Positions 13,136-23,648 of a DNA stretch of 64,000 nucleotides are shown one piece after another. The notes under the pieces are model-generated. The model did not search any database. It had not been told where the DNA came from and saw only the letters and a list, made by a program, of their open reading frames with translations. The stretch is taken from contig NMRA01000162.1 of NCBI GenBank assembly GCA_002633005.1, positions 703,761 through 767,760 on the forward strand, read 5' to 3'. The stretch's first letter is position 1, and each line of letters starts with the position of its first letter. The DNA is from Phoronis australis (Eukaryota > Animalia > Phoronida). Both the position numbers and the translations under genes were made by a program.

Positions 13136-14464
13136 TATCATGAACTTCTTCATTTGTGAAGCGATCGTCCGGTTTTTAATCTTACTGTGGCCAAGAACTT
13201 ATTTACTTTTGAATTTGCATCTGATTCGAAGCACTCCATATAATCATGGGAGGGTATCCGGCCAACATCACCCCGAGGGTGTTAGCGTAGGATCATGCAG
13301 ACAATTAGAAGAGGCTTTATGACACTCATCGGCAAAATTTCTTGCCTTTAATGGTGATGCCCCTTAACTATTTGTCCCACATTTATCCGATCGCGGGAAC
13401 TGTGCAGCCAGTCTGCACCAATGGATCTCCAATTCTGCTGCTCGCATTGATTTGATTTAACTCCAGTTTTCCTTTTCATTATTACATTGATTTTTCTCTG
13501 AATAGTTTTGGGACAGAATATTTTCCTCATGAGAAAAGTTTTAGTATTTTTTGTAAATCCCCTCACTGATTTTACCTCTGTGTACCATTTTTAATCACAA
13601 TATCAAGGTTCCATTGAAGTACCTCATTACGTTGTTTATCGGTTTAGTTCAGATCGACACACTGAGGTGGCTTGGATACGATCATCCTAGTTTTTGCTCC
13701 CTGGCCTAAGAAGACCATGATTTTCAGATTTTTAAACCCAAGTTGGTGAAATGCAAGAAAGTTCTAAAATTGGACCGGGTTCAGGACGACCATGTTTAAA
13801 GGAGAATGGCGACCGATTTATTTTGTTTATTATTGTCATAATAGGTCTACATCCACATCACCTGGTGCACGGTCGATCTCACCTCGCTATAAGGTGTCCT
13901 ATTAACCTGGGAGGAAGGTGAGTACTGTGCACTACGCAACAGCATTCTAGAGCTGTTGGTGTGGCGTATCGCGACCGCTAGAGTGAAACCAAGAAGCTGC
14001 AACGGAAGCGTGTACACCTTGTTTTTTCGAAAACCTTAAATGCCTGGAAAGTGGTTTGCGGCAGCTGAGAATGAAAACCATGCCGTTAATACCAAATATG
14101 AAGCCTTGGAATATTTCCGTATCCTTGTTTTGTTTCAAAACGAGTTACAACCCTGGACTCCTAATCAATGCTTTATACAACAAAGTGTCTCGAAAAATAA
14201 TATGTAATGGCTCACTGTTGGTGATTGGAATAGATTTGAGAAACCAAAAATGGAGAAATCTAGCTGTGTTATTGGCTTGAGGTGCAATAAATCTAATTAA
14301 CCGTTACCCGAGGCCGTGTGAGCGGATCCCAATTCAGTATTTGGCAACAAAGAGCTGTTGTGAAACATTAAAGAAGCATGCCACCCAAAAAACAAAATAA
14401 TTTGTATCAATTTAGATAGAGTACATGTAGTTCTATTCCATAGCAACACGTACGAATGCGTTAC

Positions 14465-14614
14465 CTGACACCTGACGGCAGCCGGAGGTGTTGAAATTAT
14501 CCAATGAGGTCACACGCAGTCTGTTCAGCAGTTTACGACGCGGGTTACTGGTGTCAGCTTATCGCTTGAAGACATCGTTTAACACCAATAAATCATCAAA
14601 CTTCGATGTAAGAT
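14465..14614 (-). pseudogene. Candidate decayed exon (150 bp, phase 1-1)
   Basis: aag acceptor and GTAAC donor; LTSKFDDLLVLNDVFKR*ADTSNPRRKLLNRLRVTSLDNFNTSGCRQVS with one in-frame stop. Joins in frame to a candidate exon starting at 14104 (GFIFGING..SC..LRFSKKQG). Confidence 0.35.
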
Positions 14615-15649
14615 CTTTAAAAATACACCGAGTTCTTATAAAAACGTGTTGTTTTATTTCGCTCTTACGGATTTATTGGTATTTGGACACGACGTATCCT
14701 ACAAAGTTCGACGGGCCAATAAGGTCCCGTAGCAGGAGTTTGGGGTCTGTTTGGAGATAATTTCGAAGTATTTTCCGTGAGATACCGACAGGAGAACCTA
14801 GACCTGTGTAGTTTAGACTGGTGATTTTTTGAGTTCTTAACGCCAAACACTTGTTATCCTGGCCAGTGGCTCGGAGCCCGATCACGCCCGTCGCGGCCGG
14901 CCGGATTGACTCGTTATCCCGGCCAGTGGCTCGGAAAATGATTAGCCAAAGTTCAGTGGAAAATAAACTTCCAGTCAAAAAATACTATACTAGCGAGCCA
15001 AAGTAATGTGTATGTGATTATGTCAGCGAATTAGCCACTAAACTGCAAATCTACTTACTCGTCGGAGAACGCGAATTCAGGTTCCGCTTTGGCCACAGCA
15101 CCGCCGGTCATGGCAGAAGTTGTACATTGACAATTATTATTTGAGTAAGGTAAATGTAAATAAAGATTCCCCTAACACCAGACCGTGGGATGGAAATCAA
15201 GTTGTTTCACAGCAATTTCTGACAGCAAACACTCAATTAGCATGAGCTCACATGGCCTCGGTGTCCCGTCAATTAGTTTTATTGCAGCTAAAGCCGCGGT
15301 AACGCAATGAATTATTCATTGCTGGCTGCTCAAATCATTCGCACTCACGAACACTCCAAAGGCATTACAAATTGCAACTAATGTGACAGGCTTTGTTGCA
15401 GTTTGGTTAGGGTGAGAATAATTCATTTTGAAACAGAACGCTCAGTAACAAACGCCAATATGGCATCTCGCAATCCCCGGTCCGACTTGTGGACAAGCTA
15501 GAGCTCATCAGTCCCGACTTCTCAGGTGGATCGTTAAGTTTTACAGGCTATCTATTCAAACAGGAATGCAGTGATGAAGAAATACCGCCGTGAACAAGCT
15601 CAGCCACTGAACGGAACGTATGGAGTTATTTGGTAAGCCGGCATTGAAC

Positions 15650-15830
15650 AGGCACTGTGGACGTCTGCAGGCCACAGACACGGAGATGTTTCACGGCCTC
15701 ATAATAGCTATTTACAGCGTACATTTCATTCTTCACTACCATGAGCCACTTCCTGAGCATTTCGGACTCTCGAGGAAGTAAAAAAACGATATACCCGCTT
15801 TCCTCGCAGCTGCTTAGTTCGGACAAGTGA
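15650..15830 (-). pseudogene. THAP zinc-finger-like remnant, probably transposon-derived
   Basis: SSCEESGYIVFLLPRESEMLRKWLMVVKN...KHLRVCGL matches the THAP pattern C..F.FP....KW...V....RVC..H, with the terminal H lost. Confidence 0.5.
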
Positions 15831-15919
15831 GAAAGATGCAACGCAACATAGAGGCATTCACTCTGCATATGAACCACTGACGTCGCTAGCATCGTTTCTC
15901 ACCTGATGAGGTGGTGTCT

Positions 15920-16107
15920 GAAACTGACTTTCTTTCATTTCTTCCCGAAATCCACATAAATCTTTGATCTAAAGGATGATTAAATGTGTATTTCCCCTTA
16001 CTATGTATTAATATATATATATATATATATTTACTATTACTATTTATTCATATATTTACACATTTAATCATTATGATGATTAAATGTGTATTTCCCCTTA
16101 CTATGTA

Positions 16108-16147
<40 letters not shown>

Positions 16148-16241
16148 CTATTACTATTTATTCATATATATACACATTTAATCGTCCTTTAGATCAAAGA
16201 TTTAAGTGAATTGCGTTGAGAAATGAAAGAAAGTCAGTTTC
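15920..16241. repeat. Foldback/MITE-like element with about 70-bp inverted ends and an internal duplicated (TA)n-containing unit
   Basis: GAAACTGACTTTCTTTCATTTCT...AAATCTTTGATCTAAAGGA.GATTAAATGTGTAT at the left is mirrored at 16170-16241. An internal unit of about 100 bp occurs twice, with a further partial copy at about 16365-16452. Confidence 0.8.
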
Positions 16242-16254
16242 CTCTTCATTGAAG

Positions 16255-16355
16255 GCTCAGAAGCAGGCGGCCAGACTTGTTCTACGAGTTCCTTTTGACA
16301 TTCCGTCAAGTCATATGTTTAATAGACTGAGGTGGCTCCCTATTGACAAATATTT
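16255..16355 (+). mobile_element. 3' fragment of a CR1/L2-group LINE ORF2
   Basis: QKQAARLVLRVPFDIPSSHMFNRLRWLPID matches the QN.AAR....L.WL motif. Confidence 0.55.
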
Positions 16356-16392
16356 TATTAATATATAAATGATTAATAGTAAATGTATATAT

Positions 16393-16429
<37 letters not shown>

Positions 16430-17397
16430 CATTTACTATTACTATTTATTCATGTCAGATAGTAATGTTACATCATAATATATTTGTTGTTTAGTGTTTA
16501 TTTATCCATTTACGTTGCTGTTCTTTATTTCTTAATCTTCATCGGTTATTATTTATTTGGTATTACTAATATATTCACTATTACATACTTAATCATTTGT
16601 TTTGTTACAACACATTCCGCATCCTGATTGTCACCTGTCATAAGTCCTATTATATTATATTATACGATAGTAACGATCATCCATAGAAACATATTTTAAG
16701 GTGCAGTAATTGGTGCATTGCGTTGCTTATGTTTAAAAATCATTGGCCAGCGCTGGTTATTTTGTCTGATGTAAGTGTATACGCAGTTTAGACTCAGTTT
16801 GGACACACCTGCAGCATTTTATGCATCAACATTTGTTTTCCTTTTCAGTCAATTATTAGCCACTTGAAAGATTCTTGTGAAGTTGTGCAGTATTAAAATT
16901 TATGTCTCGGATATGCCTGCACCTTTTAATTTTTGACAAATTGTGGTGCTCTGCTATTGCGTTTTCAACAAATTAGTTCTTGCTCAAAGCTATTTTCGAA
17001 ATGGCGTGCAGTTTTTAACGAAATATGGCACATAGATATACATGTATGTCGTAGATGCATCGCGTTTTCTGCAACTATAAATGCAGTTCGAGATAAACAT
17101 CATTTCTATCGTGGTACGAGTTCAGTGCCTAATGAAATTTAATAGTATGGCTTGGTAACCTACTTCACAACTTCCCATATGATGTGTTGAAGGAAATGTT
17201 CATTTAAAGCCACATTGTGCTCTTCATCGGCAGGTACTGTACTTAAGTAGTATGTGCGCTCTTTGAAAACCCGTTACATTCAGTGTCGATTTCGCAAGTT
17301 AAGCGTTTTTGTTTTGACACGAGTTGTAAAACATGTTAAATGGAAGTAAGGAATCTCGTCGTAAAAGACATCTTGGCTGTTTAACATGACCACACAC

Positions 17398-17545
17398 CAG
17401 GTTTGCTGGAGTGCTGGTAGGAATTCCACCCTTCAAAGATTTTCGACCCCTCTGCAGTTGCTCTCAATTTTATTCGCCACACCTCACCCCAGACGCTACC
17501 TATTCCAACTCCCATCCGACACGGAGCCAAGAGGATCCATTCTCC
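17398..17545 (-). CDS. Candidate exon (148 bp, phase 0-1) of the minus-strand gene
   Basis: cag acceptor and GTGTGT donor; open frame GEWILLAPCRMGVGIGSVWGEVWRIKLRATAEGSKIFEGWNSYQHSSKP. Confidence 0.35.
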
Positions 17546-17960
17546 CTGTTCGAATGTACAGTATAAAGTCGTAAAATGCGAGTTTTCGGAGAAAACATCT
17601 GGACGAATGTTCAGATGATGTAGGGGGGAGTTTTATGTCTATACCTTGCTGTAGGAAACATTTGGTGGTTGGCGTGGCTCAGTTAAGTTTTCCAGTTGAA
17701 GTTTGAAACGACGTATGTGTTGAAACTGTTAATAATTAATTGTTAATTGGTAGTTGTTAACACCTGGGCCCGGTTGCATAAAACTTGCTATCCGGCGTAT
17801 AAGGCCTTATACGCAGGATAAGTCCTTATCCGGCGTATAACTTTTTATACGCCGGATACGTTGGGTTGCATAAACATCGTATAGAGTTATCCGCCGTATA
17901 ACTCACACTATCCGCCGTATAAAGTTACACGACCATCAGACCTCGGATAACTCAATCAAA

Positions 17961-18590
17961 ATGAATGCACTGTATGGATTTAGACAAAGACAGAGGCAAT
18001 TTGAAAGAGAAGTTACTGATCCCCTCAACAAGTACACGGATGAAGAGCTGAGAGGGAAGTTTCGCTTTGGGCGAGAAGCCATCCGTTTTATTTGTAGGCT
18101 AGTAGACGAAGATGTTAAGCCTGCCACAAGAAGAAAAATCTCAGTGTCAACCCTGATTCAAGTGTCGGTGACACGTTCCACAGTCTGCACAAGTCAACTG
18201 TCAGTCGAATTGTGTCACGCGTCACATCCACAATTGTTCAACATTTAAACAGATTTGTAACATTCCCCACAACCCCACAGAGGTTCAACGAGATAAAGGC
18301 CCGGTTTCTACAGAATGGCTCGATTTCCCGGGGTAATAGGTTGTGTTGATGGAACACATGTCAAGATAATTGCACCAACTGAGAACGAGCCCGACTTCGT
18401 GAACAGGAAGAACGACCACAGTCTAAACGTCATGTTGATTTGCGTCATTTTACATAACATAGAAAAATCTTTTAATAAGCCGGAAGAACAGGACGCACGC
18501 AACTTCAACCAGCCTGCGCCTCTGCACTATGCTGGCCCCGAGACAAACAGAGGCGTTCGTGATCATATCGCTCGTACGTTCTTCATTTGA
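17961..18590 (+). pseudogene. Harbinger (HARBI1-like) DDE nuclease, internally deleted
   Basis: YTDEELRGKFRF, FPGVIGCVDGTHVKI.AP and FVNRKN.HSLNV are present, then the sequence jumps directly to CVILHNI; the middle of the catalytic domain is missing. Confidence 0.9.
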
Positions 18591-18607
18591 TTATAAAAAA
18601 ATAAGTA

Positions 18608-19130
18608 GCGGGGTTTTCCGTAGATAAACGCACCCTATGTGGAACGCCCATGTGCGTTTATTTGGAAAATTATGCTGAATAGACGCCCATAGCCGTTTAT
18701 TTGGTGTTGCAACTTCGTCAAGTGTCAAGGAAGTGGGGCGCTTATGTGAAAATTTTCCTTTTAAAAACTCACTTAGCGTCAACGTTTAGTCACAATTTTG
18801 TGGAGCATTTATCAATTATAAAAACTAACGAAGCGTTGCCGAACTAGGCATTTATTAACAAGTAAAATTTTTAAAAACAGTTTTAAATGAAAAAATAAGC
18901 CACAAAACCTCATATTCTCGGCTACGTTTATTCAGTCCATGTCAATGTTTCACTTAAAAGAACATATCGCGCTTCAGTCTGATATTTTCGTAGTCAAAAT
19001 TATGACTTTCCGTTTACACACACCTTTTTCCGAATGAACGCCCGGGCGTTCATTGGTGTTACTAACTAAATGCCTGAAAAATTAAAATTTCGGAATACAA
19101 GCCTAGGGACTTAGCTACGGAAAACCCCGG
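18608..19130. mobile_element. TA-flanked MITE nested in the Harbinger (also 49305-49796)
   Basis: TA|GCGGGGTTTTCCGTAGATAA ... TTAGCTACGGAAAACCCCGG|TA inverted termini. Confidence 0.75.
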
Positions 19131-19179
19131 TAGTAGTCAGATTTACCCGAGTGTGGGCATGATATTATGTTTTGGTTTA

Positions 19180-20145
19180 CCGTGTTTGCCCTAATAAGTA
19201 CTCGGAGCACTTTCAAAAATTCGTTTCGGGATGCGGTGGGGGGAGGGGCGCTTATTGTAGCCCAAGAAGCTTGAAATACAGTCTCCGAAACAGATGCAAT
19301 CGGAAGCTAGGATTCATAAAGTTAACGCACTGCGACATATATGTTGCATATTACAGACTTGCCACAAAATGGTGGTCTATTGCTACCGAAGTTTCCTTGT
19401 TACATTGCTCTCCTTTTTCAGAAAAGTGTGGGGAAATCCCAGCCTACTCATGCATCGCTGCCTCGCGATTGTCGATTAACAAAATTGAATTCTTGATAAA
19501 AATACAGTTTCGACTCAACAAATTACACGAAATCCTCCTTAAGTTTTCCAAATTGTCCCTAAAATTTTTAATTTCCTGTCGAATCGGGATTCACCGCAGA
19601 TTAAGTCCAAATCTGCGCTAGATCTTACCCCGCATCATGAGAAAAATCTTGACGAACACATATGGTGATGTCACGTGACTTTTGCTTTGATGCTTGGCTG
19701 CAGGTGTGTCAGTACCAAGTGAGCGAGGTTCACTAACGTTGATAAGTACACCGTGCCTGTTCTGAAAGGCCAGACCATAGTGGGACAAGTGCCTCGTGAT
19801 ATCTGCAAAAATTCTTGACTTCTTCCAGAAGCACTGCGGAAATTTCAAGTTTATATTCAGGGCTAAATACCGACATAGCGGAGAAGCTCGTGGTCTATAA
19901 ATTTGGGACAAAATGATTTTTTCAGGACTGTCGGATATTATTGATAAATTGAAGAAGTTACTGTAGTATTTTAGAAGGTGAGGTGATTTTCAAACGTATA
20001 TGCGTTAATGGCTGGGCACTTATTTTCGTGTTTTCTGAAAATGCAGCTGGGGCGCTTATAGGGGCATGGGTGCTTATGGGGGCATGGGCGCTTATAGGGT
20101 CATGGACGCTTATAGGGGCATGGGCGCTCATTAGGACAAATACGG
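19180..20145 (+). mobile_element. pogo/Tc1-like TA-flanked element with a HIRAN-like remnant and an 18-bp tandem repeat (also 49845-50831)
   Basis: TA|CCGTGTTTGCCCTAATAAG ... CTCATTAGGACAAATACGG (followed by TA in copy 2); GGGGCATGGGCGCTTATA tandem units at the right end; internal DKYTVPVLKGQTIVGQVPRDICK. Confidence 0.75.
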
Positions 20146-20169
20146 TTATTGTTATACGGTGAATTACTA

Positions 20170-21700
20170 ATATGAGTACATTGAATGTGTGGATCTATTG
20201 AAAAAGTTCACAACGGTTTATGTCTGTACTTCGGGAGAAAGTTTACCGATATGCAGAAATGATTTAATACACGACGCTTTTGGTTACTGACAGTCTTTAG
20301 ACTACCAGAGGAACGTGAAACCTATGTGAACCTATCTGTCTGTGATGTAGTTGCTGCAGACAAGGACTTTCTCGCACTTGACATTGATGTTCCTTTTAGA
20401 GCCAAGTTTGACACCAAGAAAATTGAGTTGGAAAATTTGTATAATGATATTTTGCGACTGAAAGCTGATGGGTTTCTCAGTGTTAACACTAACATATATA
20501 TACATGTATGAGAACCGCTTCGCTTTGAAGGCACTAATTGTCGCAACAAAAATCATCAGTGTGCTCTCTCCAGCCGTCTGTTATAGATGCTTCCAAAAGC
20601 TTTAAAAAAGAAATGATAATATCGTTAATCCCTGAGAAGTCTGCTCAGTATCATCTTATTTAAAACAAAGATGACTATTCCGATAGTCTATTAGTAGTAT
20701 GTGACCCTAAAAAATAATCATCATTAGTCGGGCATCCCTCATTGAGCTTCAATAAACATGAATTCAGTCGTCCATGGCTATAAATGCTGAGGCTGGTCGT
20801 CGAATTATCTAGTCTGAATTCGAAGGTGACTACTCCGAAGGTTATCTCTATCGTAACCCCAAAATGAACACAAAAAGTTGTTCCGGTTCTACGGCCGACA
20901 ATATCCCAAGAGCTGACGCCATCTCACAAGACAGCAAAGCATCTTGATAACATCATTCAGAGTCGTTACTCCATTAAATCATTGATATGTTGTGCACACA
21001 AGTGTCATCCAACTGCCTATTTTTTGTTTATTCAAGAGGTAGATCGCATAACACAAACACTGAAACACTGAAACACTGGTGAATAATGGGTACACCAATG
21101 CTTTGGTAGACCTCCAAATAAAGCCATTCATGTCCAGAATCAATTGTGAAGTCCCTGAACGTCGGACCGGTGTGACCAAAAAGGTTTTTTTACAAGAAAA
21201 TATTTTATGAAAATCCTTATGGTTAATGTTAAAGTTTGTAAGCCCGATGATTACCTCGATGTTATTATTCATTATTGGAATTGTACGTCCTCCAACTCTG
21301 GTCGTGAAACCTATTTTTTCTAAAGCGGAAGTCCGTCCCGTTGCCCCGTGTACTATTGTTAATGAGATTGTATGCCCTATGAACAAATGTCTTCATTCAA
21401 ATGTCAGACAATGTTGCATTAGTCAAGCGGTTTGCAGTCTTTTCCGTCCGTTTTTTATTCAGCTTTAAAGTGGCGCCATCCAAGAACTTTCTGCGATGTC
21501 AAGAACGTAAAATCACCCGTCAAGAAATTGTGGAAAACACGTCAATTCGGTACGCAGAGCACGATGTGCGATTGAAAGTATCGGGTCTCTTGATTGCATT
21601 TGAAAAGCCCGTTTTGAATGAACAGTAAATACGGTCGGAACGCACGTTACTTTTGTTTGCCTGGATTTCCTGATAACCCCCTTCATTTGTCATTCTTTGC
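20170..21700 (+). mobile_element. Decayed Penelope-like element lacking the RT core, nested in the Harbinger (also about 50855-52085)
   Basis: N-terminal VNLS...FLAL.I...KKIELENLYNDIL, then GDYSEGYLY.NPK and LRPTISQ.LTPSHKTAKHLDNII, then directly QEVDRITQTL.VNNGYTNALVD..IK and the endonuclease tail KITRQEIVENTSI....RL....LLIAFEKPVLNEQ. These are hallmark PLE segments; no YVDD region. Confidence 0.75.
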
Positions 21701-21882
21701 AGTATTTCAAACCTGCCGTGTCCCACTGTGTATGTCTCCAGCCTGTGCTCTGTTGTGGTATTATGCGTCATTTTATTGCCACGTGAGAGTGTTGTTGATA
21801 TTGGATCATAAACCAAGGAATATTCTTATGCCTCACTTGATTAATTCATAACTGATTCAATTGGAGCTTCCAGTCCACTGAT

Positions 21883-22233
21883 TCAACTGGTTGTGTCTGT
21901 AAACAGTGCCACGATTTTTTTCACAGCCTCCTCCATGGGTTCGGGGCGAGAGCCTCCTCCCGTTTTCTTCACCTCTCTTTGCAGTTGGTTCTTTGAGGCT
22001 CTCGCCCCAGACACCATGTGCCTCCACTTTCCCTTTGTGTCATATGCTGTTCTGTTTGCTGTTCCCAGACTTGTGATTTTGGATGCTATGTCTTCCCAAA
22101 ATGAGTTCTTTTCGGCCTTCGTCACCTTCTGACTGAACATGCTGTTAATTACTTGCAAGTTTGACTCTGCAAGTTCAGTCAGAAGGTTGATTTCGTGCTT
22201 TGTCCAATTGCAAAATCTTTTCTTTTCAGCCAT
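21883..22233 (-). CDS. Harbinger Myb/SANT-like DNA-binding protein (MSANTD-like), possibly truncated
   Basis: KRFCNWTKHEINLL....K...WEDIASKITSLG...RT....KGKWRHM...REVKKTGGG is the trihelix Myb/SANT pattern of Harbinger ORF2. Confidence 0.88.
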   Translation of the reverse strand: MAEKKRFCNWTKHEINLLTELAESNLQVINSMFSQKVTKAEKNSFWEDIASKITSLGTANRTAYDTKGKWRHMVSGARASKNQLQREVKKTGGGSRPEPMEEAVKKIVALFTDTTS

Positions 22234-22529
22234 TTTGTCTGTGCCATGGTAACAGGAATTATGGGTATTGCCTTATATGGTATCCAATTTGGCTATCCAC
22301 CGTATAACATAGATATCCGCCGGATAGTTATCCGAACCTTATCCAAGCTTTGTGCAACCCAAATTTATACGCCGGATAACTATTCGGCGTATAAATCTTA
22401 TCCGTCCTATAAGCTCTTATCAGCCGGGTAGTTATACAGACTTTTATGCAACCGGGCCCTAGATAATTGGAGCATCAAGCTATCACAGCCCGCACACTTT
22501 TGCTTGAAGGGCGGTCGCCCCCTGCTTCT

Positions 22530-22795
22530 TACACCTTTCTTGGAAAGACATTTTGGTTTATACTGGTACTTTCAGGAGACCAATATTATGTTTGTTAGTT
22601 TCTGACCACATGGACAAAATTCTGCAATTTTTCTACGTGTCCTCCATCCAATTGCCATGTTTAACCTGGAGACCACGGGTTATTGAGTCACCCCCTGGTT
22701 CTGATGTACACGTACATCCTGTCATTGATATTAGCTTCAGTTCCCAGTTTTTACGATTACATCTTGCCCATGTGTGTGTATTTTCAATACTCCGC
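22530..22795 (-). pseudogene. Candidate frameshifted third MAM-like exon (upstream copy)
   Basis: ttag acceptor; fragments ENTHTW, QDVIVK, DRMYVYIRTRG and LNMAI in different frames. It lies in the only non-TE gap between the Gypsy and the Harbinger. Confidence 0.3.
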
Positions 22796-22973
22796 TAAAT
22801 GTTTATGTTCTCAATATTTTAGGCAAACACGTACAATTTTGAATTTGACAAAATAAAACCGACCATGGTAGTTGATGACTCCCGTACATGTACATGTACC
22901 TCCGTAATTCATCGGAGCACACTCTCCCTAGGTGTAGGTACGGTCCATGACAAAATAATGAACGTCTTTCATA

Positions 22974-23359
22974 TGTGACGGGACGTTCGTAACTTTACGT
23001 TTAGTTAGTTGCAAATGTTCAGTTATTCTTATGCTAATGTCTTTGTTGTGTCTCAGAGCACCTTTGTTACGTGGGCATGCGGGTGCGACTGTATGTGTCG
23101 GGCACTTTGCTAGCGACAGGCTTAGGAGAAGGGTGTTTCCTTCCTTTGCCTTCATAAAATTGATCGTTATTATGTGTAACTGAACTGAAACGTATGCCGG
23201 CTGAGATATTTTCTCTGACGACGTGTGCAAAATTATGACTGTGCTACAACCTTGCATGGAAAGTTGAACTGCTTACTGAATTTACAAGATTTGTGTCAAG
23301 GCTCCGGTAGGAATTTTCTGGAAAGGACAATGTCTTAATTTGCTACTATAGTGGTCACA
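22974..23359 (+). repeat. 5' LTR
   Basis: TG...CA with 6-bp inverted termini; the first 225 bp are repeated at 30985. Confidence 0.8.
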
Positions 23360-23648
23360 AGTTCGTGGTGGTGTCTGGAACAGATCGTCGTGCTCGCCAA
23401 GAACGGAACTTTCTGGACTATGTGTTTGACGACGCCCTATCCTGCTGTAAACTAAACTCAGTTGAATTTTGTGTCACTGAAAATGTTTTTGTGTTACTGT
23501 TGTTTGACATAAGTTCACTTAATGCGCCTGGTATTGAGAGTTCTTTAATTTCTTAAGCTAGTGTATTTTCATGCTGTAGGTCAAGTTTTCTCACATTATT
23601 GGGGTGATTCTAAGTTTGTTTATGTTCCTTATATTTCATCCTTTGTCA

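Larger units (their letters stand above)
11557..13179 (-). mobile_element. 5'-truncated Penelope-like retroelement (RT + GIY-YIG) with inverted pseudo-LTRs
   Basis: RT motifs GVAMGSPLGPVLANIFMCNLE and FYRRYVDDTF; GIY-YIG motif VVYKVECGNCKEFYIGLT..RL..RLREH. 11557-11721 is an inverted repeat of 13014-13179. Confidence 0.9.
17767..22458 (+). mobile_element. Composite PIF/Harbinger DNA transposon, copy 1
   Basis: TIRs GGCCCGGTTGCATAAAA / TTTTATGCAACCGGGCC; 3-bp flanks CTG / CTA; subterminal TATCCGGCGTATAA repeats; convergent nuclease (+) and Myb/SANT (-) genes. Confidence 0.92.

Noticed and set aside
14673-14978. 101-aa ORF with WLIIFRATG as a candidate exon
   Set aside because: It overlaps a direct repeat (GTTATCC.GGCCAGTGGCTCGGA twice) that looks like a transposon end, and it has no good splice sites.
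15903-15928. CTGATGAG...GAAAC hammerhead-like motif
   Set aside because: No convincing stem II or stem III; GAAAC is the start of the adjacent foldback repeat.
20979-21386. Minus-strand ORF with P-loop-like IVHGATGRTS, suggesting an ATPase cargo gene
   Set aside because: It is not a proper Walker A motif, and the opposite strand carries colinear Penelope motifs that explain the region.
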